Below, one piece after another: positions 40,570 to 49,694 of a stretch of DNA of 64,000 nt. The notes below the pieces were generated by a model. The model searched no databases. It was given only the letters and a program-made list of their open reading frames with translations, and was not told where the DNA came from. The DNA is taken from the NCBI GenBank assembly GCA_965205425.1, contig CBDBGZ010000009.1:160001-224000 (forward strand), written 5' to 3'. The DNA is from Nitrosopumilus sp. (GTDB lineage: Archaea; Thermoproteota; Nitrososphaeria; Nitrososphaerales; Nitrosopumilaceae). The position numbers and the translations under genes are program-made. The first letter of the stretch is position 1; every line of letters begins with the position of its first letter.

Positions 40570-40791
40570 TTGATGAAAAATATGTTAAAAATGATCCTAA
40601 TTTTGACAGGAGGTATTTTGTTCATTTATGGAGGAATTATCACGATACAATCACAACAAGAATCCGTCATCAACCATACGTTTAGTATGACGGATTATTG
40701 GGAAAATTTGTATGGTCATAACTTTATGATTGGAATTGTAATTTTAGCAATTAGTTTCATTTTGTTTGGATTTGGATTTTTTAGAAAATAG
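40570..40791 (+). CDS. Small two-TM membrane protein
   Basis: Two hydrophobic helices; GATCGCCATAAATAAAA upstream. Confidence 0.65.
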   Translation: MMKNMLKMILILTGGILFIYGGIITIQSQQESVINHTFSMTDYWENLYGHNFMIGIVILAISFILFGFGFFRK

Positions 40792-40965
40792 GCTGTGAAC
40801 TGCCATACCAAACACAAATGCACAAGCAGACATCATACCATGACTGATGTATAATGATAGTAAAATTGGATCCAAGATCAATTAACTAGAGAATCATTTC
40901 ATAAAAAAACTAGGTTTGCAGTTTTCAGATCATAGTTTTTTTATTCTATGATTTAATCTGAAATT

Positions 40966-41036
40966 AAGGATAAGGTGAACCCATCTCACCTAGAAACATG
41001 CTTACATCATGTTGCAGTGAGAAACACCTTATCCTT
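40966..41036 (+). ncRNA. Putative long-hairpin RNA or cruciform
   Basis: Nested stems AAGGATAAGGTG/CACCTTATCCTT, TCTCAC/GTGAGA, AACATG/CATGTT; begins about 22 nt below a plus-strand motif A. Confidence 0.5.
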
Positions 41037-41223
41037 GTATGACAAACAAGTGATCTTTAAACTTTTTGTTGGTGTGGTGTAGAGAGAAGAAATTGCTAAA
41101 TGTTCTTTGTTTAAAAATAATAGACCAATGATACTTGATACTAAGAATAAAGAATAGAAAAAATTATTGAAAAATTTGTTTTGGTTTGTCTAATGCAACA
41201 AAATAGCAATGTCGGAACATAAT

Positions 41224-41317
41224 TAGGCAGATACTTCTAGGCAGATTATCCATCAATGCACAACACGCCTAAAGTAATCACTTTTCGATAAAAGTATCTG
41301 CCTACGGTATCTGCCTA
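41224..41317. repeat. Two direct plus two inverted TAGGCAGAT(AC) repeats near attR
   Basis: Forward at 41224 and 41238; reverse GTATCTGCCTA at 41294 and 41307. Confidence 0.85.
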
Positions 41318-41394
41318 GATCAAAAAAATGCGTTATGCACCCCTTATACACCCTAAAATGTTGTATAACACGCCTAATAATGTCTAATAGTTAT

Positions 41395-41906
41395 TTTCTA
41401 GAACTGAATGGGATGAAGTTCCATTATTTTTTAAAAAAATTAGAGAAAAGTGTGATGTGATATTAATTCCGGGAAATCATGATGCCAATATTCAAAGACT
41501 AGTTCCAGAAAACATTTCAATGATTAGTTCAACTGGAATGGTTGAAGAGAACATTCTGTTAACTCACGGTCATACTTTACCATCAGAGAATTTTTCACAT
41601 GTGGATAAAATCATCATGGGACATCTTCATCCAGTATTTTTTCAAGAAGATTCCATAATAAACGGTCAAAGGGTTTGGGTTTCAATTAAAACTGAAAAAG
41701 AAAATATTTTTCCAAACAAAACAGGAGAAATTGAAATAACTATCATCCCATCATTTAACAAATATTTTTACGCAACTCATAGAAAGCAATACAAAAAATC
41801 CATTTCCCCAATAATTAATAAAATTAAAGAGATGTCCAAAGCGAAAATCATAACATTGGATGGAACAATAATTGGGAACGAATCAAATATCAAACAAGTG
41901 ATTTAA
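41395..41906 (+). pseudogene. Metallophosphoesterase, 3' half
   Basis: SRTEWDEVPLFF...PGNHD...THGH...GHLHP...PSFN; continues the frame of the 16197 ORF. Confidence 0.9.
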
Positions 41907-41938
41907 TCAAATTGTTTTTGTTTCTAGAGTTCCCTTCA

Positions 41939-42073
41939 TATAGCGAGAAGCATATGTTCATGAACTATTTTCAAGGTGTTTCAGATTGTTTATTCGTATT
42001 TACCTTAGGTAAAATCATCTAATCTCTAGTTTTTTGATGATTTTTAGTTCACGAACTTTATCTTTTCGCTATA
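41939..42073. mobile_element. 135-bp MITE (IS630-derived), coordinates include TA duplications
   Basis: TATAGCGA...TCGCTATA ends; matches 47806-47940. Confidence 0.9.
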
Positions 42074-42492
42074 GCACAGTTTGGGCATCTTTCTGATTTG
42101 GTCCAAGTTTTCACAGTTTTTGAATATGAAATACGAACTTCATAGGAATACCCACAATTTTGACACAATACATTAGACGAATAGCTGCTTTTATTCCAAT
42201 CATCATTTGGTTCACGAGTAAACTTGGAAATTAAATCTCTGCCCTTGTCAGATATTCTATAGAGAGTTAAATCATGAAATCCAGGTTTGTCATCAAATGG
42301 AATTCTTTGTACAAGACTATTTTCATCTAAAAAAACTAAAATGTCTTTTAGTTTAAATTCTGCAATCTTTATTTTTACAAAATTTTTCTTTACATTATTT
42401 TTTAGATGAATAAAACGAATTCCATCAGCATCAAATTTCTCAATTTTACTAAGAACTTCATCTAGTTCATCATCAGAGAATTTTTTTGCCAT
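42058..42492 (-). CDS. Winged-helix plus Zn-ribbon protein, C-terminus altered by MITE
   Basis: YRISDKG; CQNC...CPNC; removing the MITE gives the end CPNCAMKGTLETKTI. Confidence 0.65.
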   Translation of the reverse strand: MAKKFSDDELDEVLSKIEKFDADGIRFIHLKNNVKKNFVKIKIAEFKLKDILVFLDENSLVQRIPFDDKPGFHDLTLYRISDKGRDLISKFTREPNDDWNKSSYSSNVLCQNCGYSYEVRISYSKTVKTWTKSERCPNCAIAKR

Positions 42493-42529
42493 GTTATTTT
42501 ATAGAATACTTGTGTTTATGTTTTTAAAA

Positions 42530-45500
42530 TTATTCATATTCATCATAAGGTTCTATAGGATCTTTGGTTGTTTCATTATCTCTTAACCATTCTAATGTTT
42601 TAACAAAAGAATCAGCCAATTCTATGGTCGTAAGAACTGGAATTCCCAATTCCAAAGATTTACGTCTAATTTGGTATTCATCATCAAGCATTCCAACGTA
42701 TTTTTCTAAAGTAGAAGTACTTGGAATATTTATGATGAAATCTATTTTTCGGTCATACAATAAATCAGAAATATTTGGTTTTCTGTCAGGTTCAGATATT
42801 TTATGAACAATTTCTACTTCACCAATTTTTTCTTCAAAAAATTCTGCAGTATGTTCAGTTGCCAGAATTTTAAATCCTAATTGTTTTAGCTTGGCAATTG
42901 ATGCTACAAGTTTTTCTTTATTTTGTGCACCACCTACAGTAACAAGAGCAGTTCCTGTTGCGGGAAGATTGTATCCAACAGAAGTCAATCCTTTGGATAA
43001 AGCATCATAGAAACTATTTCCAAAGCATGCAGCTTCACCAGTAGATTGCATTTCAACTCCAAGTGCAATATCAGCACCATCAAGTGCCATAAATGAGAAT
43101 TGTGGAACCTTTATTCCATAATTGTGGATTTTTTGCCACTTGTTTTCGGGGATTTTAGGCAAAGGTTTGTCCAAAATTGCTCTGGAAGCTAAGGAAATCA
43201 GATTGGTTTTAACTAATTTTGAAACAAATGGCATGGAACGTGATGCTCTGATATTCAATTCAATTACATAGACATGATCATCGTGGACTAAAAATTGTAG
43301 ATTAAAGGGGCCTTTAACATTAAATGTTAGAGCAATTTTTTTAGTGTATTCATTTATTGTATCAATTGTTTTGTTACTAAGACGCCATGGTGGAATACAC
43401 ATCATTGCATCTCCAGAATGAACACCAGCACTATCAATATGCTCAACTATAGCACCAATTACAACTTCTTTGCCATTACTAATTCCATCTACATCAACTT
43501 CAAGTGAATTTAACATGAATTTAGAAATTACAACTGGATGATCGGGGGAAACATCAGTAGCTTCTTTGACATATGTTTTTAATTCATCTTGAGACCAAAC
43601 AACTTTCATTGCAGCCCCTGACAAAACATAGGAAGGTCTAACAATTACAGGGAACCCAACATCTTGTGCAAAACTTCTTGCTTCACTAAGATTTGAAAAG
43701 GCTTGCCATCTAGGTTGTTGAATGTGAAGTTTATCAAGTTCTGCACTGAATTTTGAACGGTCTTCAGCTCTATCGACATCATGGGCAGTAGTTCCCATAA
43801 TATTAATTCCATGTTCTGCAAGTCCAGGAGTTAAATTATTTGCAGTTTGTCCACCAACGCATGTAATTACACCTTTAGGGTTTTCAAAGTCAGAAATATC
43901 AAGTAGTCTTTCTTGGGTAATTTCTTCAAAGTATAATCTTGTACAAATATCATAATCAGTAGAAACAGTTTCAGGATTACAGTTAACCACTGAAACATTT
44001 TTTTCACCATTTTCTTGCAAACCCCAAACCATGTTTACAGTTCCCCAATCAAATTCAACACTGCTACCAATTCTATATGGACCAGCACCTACCACAACTA
44101 CAGCTTTTTCATCAGATGGGATTTGAATGTCATTGGAATATCCTCCATATGTCATATACAGATAGTTAGTTACGGCAGGCCATTCTGCTGCAAGCGTATC
44201 AATTTGTTTAACTGCAGGCACAACACCCATCTTCTTGCGCAAATTACGTATCTCATCAGGGGTTTTTTCGGTGGCTCTAGCAATCTGTTTATCTGCAAAG
44301 CCCAATTGCTTGGCATCACGCATCAAGGGTTCATCAAGAGTTTTAGATTTTATTTTAGTCTCCATTTCTACAATATTTTTGATTTTCTCAACAAACCAAG
44401 GATCAATAGATGATAATGTGTAAATTTTATCAACTGAAATTCTCATCTTCAATGCAATTACAACATTATACAAAATCTTGTCATCATGATGAGATAATTT
44501 TTCTTCAATCTCTTCTTCAGTATAGGATTTACCAGTTGTACGATTCAATACCAATCCATCATTTCCAATATCTAACATTCGAATTGCTTTTTGTAAAGAT
44601 TCTTCAAATGTTCTGCCAACTGCCATTACTTCACCAACAGATTTCATAGTAGGACCAAGTTTTGGATTTACAAGTTCAAATTTTGAAAAGTCCCATCTAG
44701 GATGTTTACATACAATGTAATCAAGTGAAGGTTCGAAACATGCAGTAGTATTTTTTGTAATTCTGTTTACCAGTTCAGATAAATTATAACCTAATCCAAT
44801 CTTTGCAGACATGTATGCAAGTGGATATCCTGTCGCTTTACTTGCAAGAGCAGAAGAACGAGAAAGTCTAGGGTTAATTTCAATGGCAACAAATCTATCA
44901 GAATCAGTATCAAGAGCATATTGAATATTGCATTCACCAACTATTCCAACATGTTTGGTTGCACGCAAACCAGCTGTACGTAACATATGATATTCATTAT
45001 TGTTAATTGTTTGAGAAGGAGCAACTACAATGTTATCACCAGTGTGAACTTTCATGGAAAGAACATTTTCCATATTACATACAATTACATTATTTCCATC
45101 ATAATCTTGCATAATCTCATATTCAATTTGTTTCCATTGACCAATGTATTCCTCAACTAGAACTTGGCCAACCATGGATGCTTTGATTCCTCTTTCAACA
45201 ATTTCATGAAGTTCAATTTCATTGTGAGCAACACCTCCACCTCTACCTCCAAGAGTATATGCCACACGAACAATTACAGGATAAGTAAGTTCTTCAGCAA
45301 TCTTTTTGGCATCTTCAAAATTGGTGACAGTTTTACTTTTGAGTACGGGTACACCACATTCCTTCATGGAGTCTTTGAAAAGCTGCCTATCCTCAGTTCT
45401 TTGAATTCCTGGAATCTGGGTTCCAAGTACATTTACACCATATTTTTGCAAAATTCCAGCTTCTTCTAGTTTGACTCCACAATTCAAAGCCGTTTGTCCA

Positions 45501-45772
45501 CCATATGCCAACATGATTCCATCAGGTCTTTCTTTTTCAATAATAGATTCTACATAATCAGGAGTTACAGGTAAAAGATAGACTTGGTCTGCAAATCTAG
45601 TATCAGTTTGGATAGTTGCAATATTTGGATTGATTAGAACACTGTTGATTCCATCTTCATGAATTGCTTTAAGACACTGACTTCCAGAATAATCAAATTC
45701 ACCAGCTTCACCAATTTTAATCGCACCACTTCCCAACACAAGGATTTTCTTTAGAGATTCATTTTTTGGCAT
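42530..45772 (-). CDS. carB: Carbamoyl-phosphate synthase large subunit
   Basis: GEAGEFDYSGSQ, two ATP-grasp domains, C-terminal MGS domain. Confidence 0.97.
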   Translation of the reverse strand: MPKNESLKKILVLGSGAIKIGEAGEFDYSGSQCLKAIHEDGINSVLINPNIATIQTDTRFADQVYLLPVTPDYVESIIEKERPDGIMLAYGGQTALNCGVKLEEAGILQKYGVNVLGTQIPGIQRTEDRQLFKDSMKECGVPVLKSKTVTNFEDAKKIAEELTYPVIVRVAYTLGGRGGGVAHNEIELHEIVERGIKASMVGQVLVEEYIGQWKQIEYEIMQDYDGNNVIVCNMENVLSMKVHTGDNIVVAPSQTINNNEYHMLRTAGLRATKHVGIVGECNIQYALDTDSDRFVAIEINPRLSRSSALASKATGYPLAYMSAKIGLGYNLSELVNRITKNTTACFEPSLDYIVCKHPRWDFSKFELVNPKLGPTMKSVGEVMAVGRTFEESLQKAIRMLDIGNDGLVLNRTTGKSYTEEEIEEKLSHHDDKILYNVVIALKMRISVDKIYTLSSIDPWFVEKIKNIVEMETKIKSKTLDEPLMRDAKQLGFADKQIARATEKTPDEIRNLRKKMGVVPAVKQIDTLAAEWPAVTNYLYMTYGGYSNDIQIPSDEKAVVVVGAGPYRIGSSVEFDWGTVNMVWGLQENGEKNVSVVNCNPETVSTDYDICTRLYFEEITQERLLDISDFENPKGVITCVGGQTANNLTPGLAEHGINIMGTTAHDVDRAEDRSKFSAELDKLHIQQPRWQAFSNLSEARSFAQDVGFPVIVRPSYVLSGAAMKVVWSQDELKTYVKEATDVSPDHPVVISKFMLNSLEVDVDGISNGKEVVIGAIVEHIDSAGVHSGDAMMCIPPWRLSNKTIDTINEYTKKIALTFNVKGPFNLQFLVHDDHVYVIELNIRASRSMPFVSKLVKTNLISLASRAILDKPLPKIPENKWQKIHNYGIKVPQFSFMALDGADIALGVEMQSTGEAACFGNSFYDALSKGLTSVGYNLPATGTALVTVGGAQNKEKLVASIAKLKQLGFKILATEHTAEFFEEKIGEVEIVHKISEPDRKPNISDLLYDRKIDFIINIPSTSTLEKYVGMLDDEYQIRRKSLELGIPVLTTIELADSFVKTLEWLRDNETTKDPIEPYDEYE

Positions 45773-46913
45773 TACTTTTCTCCATCATTTGTTTTAGTTC
45801 ATCAAATACAAATTTACAATCATATGGGCCAGGTGCAGCTTCAGGGTGAAACTGTACTGCAACACAATTTTGTTTTTTGTGTTTTATTCCTTCAACTGTT
45901 TTATCATCTGCATTAGTAAACCATAATTTGAAATCAGATTTTTCAATAGATTCTGGAGTTATTCCATATCCATGGTTTTGACTAGTAACATATACTTGAT
46001 CATTTTCTAAATTAATACAAGGTTTATTTTGTCCTCGATGTCCATATTTGAGTTTATAAGTTTCAGTATTTCCTGCAATACCAATTATTTGTGCTCCCAA
46101 ACAAATTCCTAATGTTGGAACATTGTTCTCAATTAGTTTTTTCGCAGTATCAATTGTATCAGGGCATTTCTGAGGATCACCAGGTCCACTACTCAATATA
46201 ACACCTTTAGGATTGTAAGACATTATTTTTTCATAATGAGTATTCCAAGGAACTAAAATTACTTTGTAACCAAGTTCACGAACATTTCTTAAAATTGCAT
46301 TCTTTGCACCAGTATCAATTACAACCACGGATTTATCACCATCACCATAAACCTGTTCTTCTTTTGTAGATACTTCATCCATGAATTGCTCAGAATCATA
46401 ATGTTTTGCAGATTTTAGTTGTTCTTTTACAGATTCAACATCAATTTCAGTATCAGAAACTACAAGAGCTGCCATCATAACTCCACTAGTTCGAAGTTTT
46501 TTTGTTAATTCACGGGTGTCAATTCCAGAAATTCCTGGAACCTTTTCATTATTCATCCATTCATCCAAGGTCATTGTAAGATTCCAATGACTTGCAGTCA
46601 ACGATAATTCATGTACGACCAAACCACGAATTTGCATTTTATTTGATTCAAAGAATTTTGGGATTCCATCATCATCTTTGATTGATGAATCTGGTACACC
46701 ATAATTTCCAACTAAAGGATAGGTTAAAGTCAAAATTTGACCATTGTAAGACGGGTCAGTAAGAGCCTCAGTATAACCAACCATTCCAGTATTGAAGACA
46801 ATTTCTCCAAAAATAGTTGTAGAATAACCAAAACCTTGGCCATCAAGAACAGTACCATCGTCAAAGATCAGTTTTCCAAACTTGTTTGCGTGGTTTGATT
46901 TCTTTGTAGTAAT
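45759..46913 (-). CDS. carA: Carbamoyl-phosphate synthase small subunit (start extended to a putative ATT)
   Basis: SGPGDP, GICLG, QFHPEA; conserved KLIFDDG...GEIVFNTG lies in frame upstream of the first ATG (46784). Confidence 0.9.
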   Translation of the reverse strand: MTTKKSNHANKFGKLIFDDGTVLDGQGFGYSTTIFGEIVFNTGMVGYTEALTDPSYNGQILTLTYPLVGNYGVPDSSIKDDDGIPKFFESNKMQIRGLVVHELSLTASHWNLTMTLDEWMNNEKVPGISGIDTRELTKKLRTSGVMMAALVVSDTEIDVESVKEQLKSAKHYDSEQFMDEVSTKEEQVYGDGDKSVVVIDTGAKNAILRNVRELGYKVILVPWNTHYEKIMSYNPKGVILSSGPGDPQKCPDTIDTAKKLIENNVPTLGICLGAQIIGIAGNTETYKLKYGHRGQNKPCINLENDQVYVTSQNHGYGITPESIEKSDFKLWFTNADDKTVEGIKHKKQNCVAVQFHPEAAPGPYDCKFVFDELKQMMEKSNAKK

Positions 46914-47522
46914 TGTGACCCTCGTTAAGTCCGCAAGAATGTGAATTTAAGTTTTATGTGAAAATAAAATCCAAGAAATTGATCGCTAATCTACAAAATA
47001 TGAAATAAAATTACAGATCATGTTCATCTACATACTACGCTGATTTATTTAGTATGAAAATAAGAAAAAACATTGAGAACAGGAATCATTAGAGATATTT
47101 TCATTCATCCAAAAAAACATTAACAGAAATTGATGAAAATTCAGAAAAATATTTTGTCCCAGCAATAGGTGTTTTAATTTTCTTAGCAATATCAGCAATG
47201 ATCGGAGAAATCAGCGGAATATGGGATGGGATGTATGGTGAAGAAACAGTGAAAGAACCAATTGAATATTCATATAATTGGATAGTCACCATAAGTTCGG
47301 CATTTTTAGGTACAGGTCTAATGCTATGGGTTGCAAGGAAAATATACCAAGTTGAAACAACATACAAAAGAATATTTTCAACACTTCAATTTGCAGGATT
47401 ACCATATTCAATACTAAGTATTCCAGTATCAATTATCCTAGGATTTTATCTAACAAATACAGCACAAGAAATGAATTTAGAATTTGCATATAATTTACTA
47501 ATAACCCCATTTCTAATGTTAG

Positions 47523-47657
47523 TATAACGACGATCAAAAGTTCATGAGTTGTTTTTAGGGGTTTCAATTTGTTTATTCGTATTTACCTATAGGTAGGATC
47601 AACTGATTTCTAGTTTTTTGAAATTATTTAGTTCACAAACTTTGTCTTTTCGCTATA
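47523..47657. mobile_element. 135-bp MITE, diverged copy
   Basis: TATAACGACGATCAAAAGTTC...TCTTTTCGCTATA; left end matches the IS630 end at 53498. Confidence 0.85.
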
Positions 47658-47805
47658 CCACTTTGGATACATCTAGTAATTTTATCGATCATTGCAGCAA
47701 AACAAAGTTTCCAATTAAGCACAACACAAGTTATTGTGGTATGGATAGTAAGCGGTATTATTGCAGTGGGTGTTTTCATACCCATAGGAATTGTATTGGG
47801 AGTAC

Positions 47806-47940
47806 TATAGCGAGAAGCATATGTTCATGAACTATTTTCAAGGTGTTTCAGATTGTTTATTCGTATTTACCTTAGGTAAAATCATCTAATCTCTAGTTTT
47901 TTGATGATTTTTAGTTCACGAACTTTATCTTTTCGCTATA
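47806..47940. mobile_element. 135-bp MITE
   Basis: Matches 41939-42073. Confidence 0.9.
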
Positions 47941-47975
47941 GGAGCTTTTAACGTATTTTAAAATAATTTAGCAAT

Positions 47976-49169
47976 CTAAAGTGCTTGGAACTCTTCGCTC
48001 CACTTGTGATAAGCACGAATCATCTCAGTTGAAACACTAGGTTTTCTTCTTTCCATAATATTTTTGAAATCAGCTGTTGTAAGAGCTCTTGGTTGAACTG
48101 GTTCTTCACCTTCAACAGGTTCATGATAATCAGGAGAATCAAAAATTTCATGAACAGTTTTAATCTGTGCTGCTTGACAAACATCTTTGATGTCACTTGC
48201 ACTATAACCATCAAATATTTTTGCGAGTTCACGATTATTTACATTAAGATTTTTACTCAAAGGAGCAGTATATTGTTCAAAGAGATTTTCTCTAGCTGCT
48301 TGTGTAGGTAAGGATACATAGATTCTCTTTTGGAATCTTCTAAGGAAGGGCCAATCAAGACTCCAAGGTTTGTTTGTTGCACCAATGACATACAACATCA
48401 AATCTTTTCCTTTTCCGTTTACTCCATCCATTTCAGTTAAAAATTGATTTTTAGTTCTAACTTCTCCACCGACTTCACTATTTCTAGAACCTAATAGAGA
48501 ATCAACCTCATCTACAAACAAAATAACTGGTTTGCCTTCCTTCTCAGCATATTGTCTTGCCATAGAGAATAATTTTGAAACATTCTTTTCTGCTTCACCT
48601 AACCATTTGCTCATCATAGATGATGCATCAACATTAATGAAATAACCATCCATTTCATTTGCAGTAGCTGCTGCAAGCATAGTTTTTCCGGTTCCTGGTG
48701 GCCCATACAACAACATGCCTTTTGGCCATCCAAGTGGAAACAAATCAGGTCTTTTAGTAGGATATACAATAGATTCACGTAATGCACTTTTAGCATCATC
48801 TAAACCAATTACTTGCTCCCAAGTAACATCAGGTTTTTCTTTCATTACTAATTCTTCAAAATCATTTTCATTTTCTTGTCTCTGAACAGATTTCTTTTGA
48901 TCTGATTCAGAAGCTTTTGGATCAACTGCGGGCTCAACACCATGAGCTTGTTGTAATGCTTGAATTCTGCTATGGTAAGAATTACATCGCTCCTTGTAAA
49001 TTTGATTCAATTTACTATTTGGGTATAATTGTAATAATTTCACTAGTGCATCAATTGCTTGCTGATAATGAGTGATTGCCATACCACGGGCACCTTGAGA
49101 ATCAAATTTGATGGCTTCAGAAGCATATTTGCTTGCTGTGTTTTCTAATTCTTGTGGGGCTAAACTCAT
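47976..49169 (-). CDS. cdvC: Vps4/CdvC AAA ATPase (MIT plus AAA)
   Basis: N-terminal MIT helices; GPPGTGKT, FVDEVD, GATNKPW. Confidence 0.88.
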   Translation of the reverse strand: MSLAPQELENTASKYASEAIKFDSQGARGMAITHYQQAIDALVKLLQLYPNSKLNQIYKERCNSYHSRIQALQQAHGVEPAVDPKASESDQKKSVQRQENENDFEELVMKEKPDVTWEQVIGLDDAKSALRESIVYPTKRPDLFPLGWPKGMLLYGPPGTGKTMLAAATANEMDGYFINVDASSMMSKWLGEAEKNVSKLFSMARQYAEKEGKPVILFVDEVDSLLGSRNSEVGGEVRTKNQFLTEMDGVNGKGKDLMLYVIGATNKPWSLDWPFLRRFQKRIYVSLPTQAARENLFEQYTAPLSKNLNVNNRELAKIFDGYSASDIKDVCQAAQIKTVHEIFDSPDYHEPVEGEEPVQPRALTTADFKNIMERRKPSVSTEMIRAYHKWSEEFQAL

Positions 49170-49178
49170 CCTAATTAC

Positions 49179-49694
49179 CTACGCAGTATCTTCTCGAGAA
49201 TTTTGTTGGTATTCTACGGTGTTAATCTCTGTCACAAAATTGGTTAAATTAATTGGACTCGTTTCGTGTTCATTGTAATCAGGTCCATCATGATATTTTT
49301 TTTTAAAATCAGATTTTTCAGAGATATGAGTATGCATATCCTTAACCTTGTTAATAGAGTCCTCAGCAGACATAATTAATTCAGAAACTTCATCATCTAA
49401 ATCCCCCAGAGAATCAGCAGTCTCAGTGATTATTGAAGTGAAATGCTTTAGAATTGAGCGCATTTCTTTTTTATCAGCATATTTACACATCATAAAATTA
49501 GCAATACCTACAATTTTATCTAAATCCTGTAATTCCTCTAAAGAAAGTTTGTCAATTTTTGAATCATCTGAAGATTTAGCCTCAGATAATTTTTTATCAA
49601 TTTTTGAAGAGATGGATCTAATACGGTCTACATCTTTTGAAAAATTTCGTTTTTGATTTAACATATCAAGTATTGCATAATTTGAAAAAATCAA
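49179..49694 (-). CDS. Hypothetical helical protein
   Basis: ORF co-oriented upstream of cdvC. Confidence 0.6.
   Translation of the reverse strand: MIFSNYAILDMLNQKRNFSKDVDRIRSISSKIDKKLSEAKSSDDSKIDKLSLEELQDLDKIVGIANFMMCKYADKKEMRSILKHFTSIITETADSLGDLDDEVSELIMSAEDSINKVKDMHTHISEKSDFKKKYHDGPDYNEHETSPINLTNFVTEINTVEYQQNSREDTA

Larger units (their letters stand above)
16438..41403. mobile_element. Integrated ~25 kb element, probable temperate enveloped archaeal virus
   Basis: att core TTTCTAGAA at 16438-16446 and 41395-41403; excision restores the host ORF; tyrosine recombinase, ATPase, hydrophobic structural cluster, Zn fingers, Dam, HNH; strong minus-strand coding bias. Confidence 0.88.
47072..47961 (+). 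pseudogene. Yip1-like multi-pass membrane protein gene broken by a frameshift and two MITEs
   Basis: Frameshift in the A-run near 47111; removing both MITEs gives ...FLMLV-PLWIHLVILSIIAAKQSF...LGVL-GAFNVF*. Confidence 0.75.

Noticed and set aside
17788..40946. Motif A as CRISPR repeats or integron attC sites
   Set aside because: Spacing is irregular and gene-sized, there are no cas genes and no attC-like dyad; the fixed distance to start codons fits a promoter better
16438..41403. Head-tail provirus, casposon or conjugative element
   Set aside because: No terminase, portal, Cas1, PolB, relaxase or full-length VirB4 recognisable; the 376-aa ATPase is too short for VirB4
41380..41403. Element-supplied new start for the 3' phosphoesterase half
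   Set aside because: The ATG at 41380 is out of frame and the correct frame has TAG just upstream of the core
46915..46922. carA leader (AGGGUCAC) complementary to the D guide of the C/D sRNA
   Set aside because: Only 8 nt match, which can occur by chance in a window this size and is short for a guide duplex
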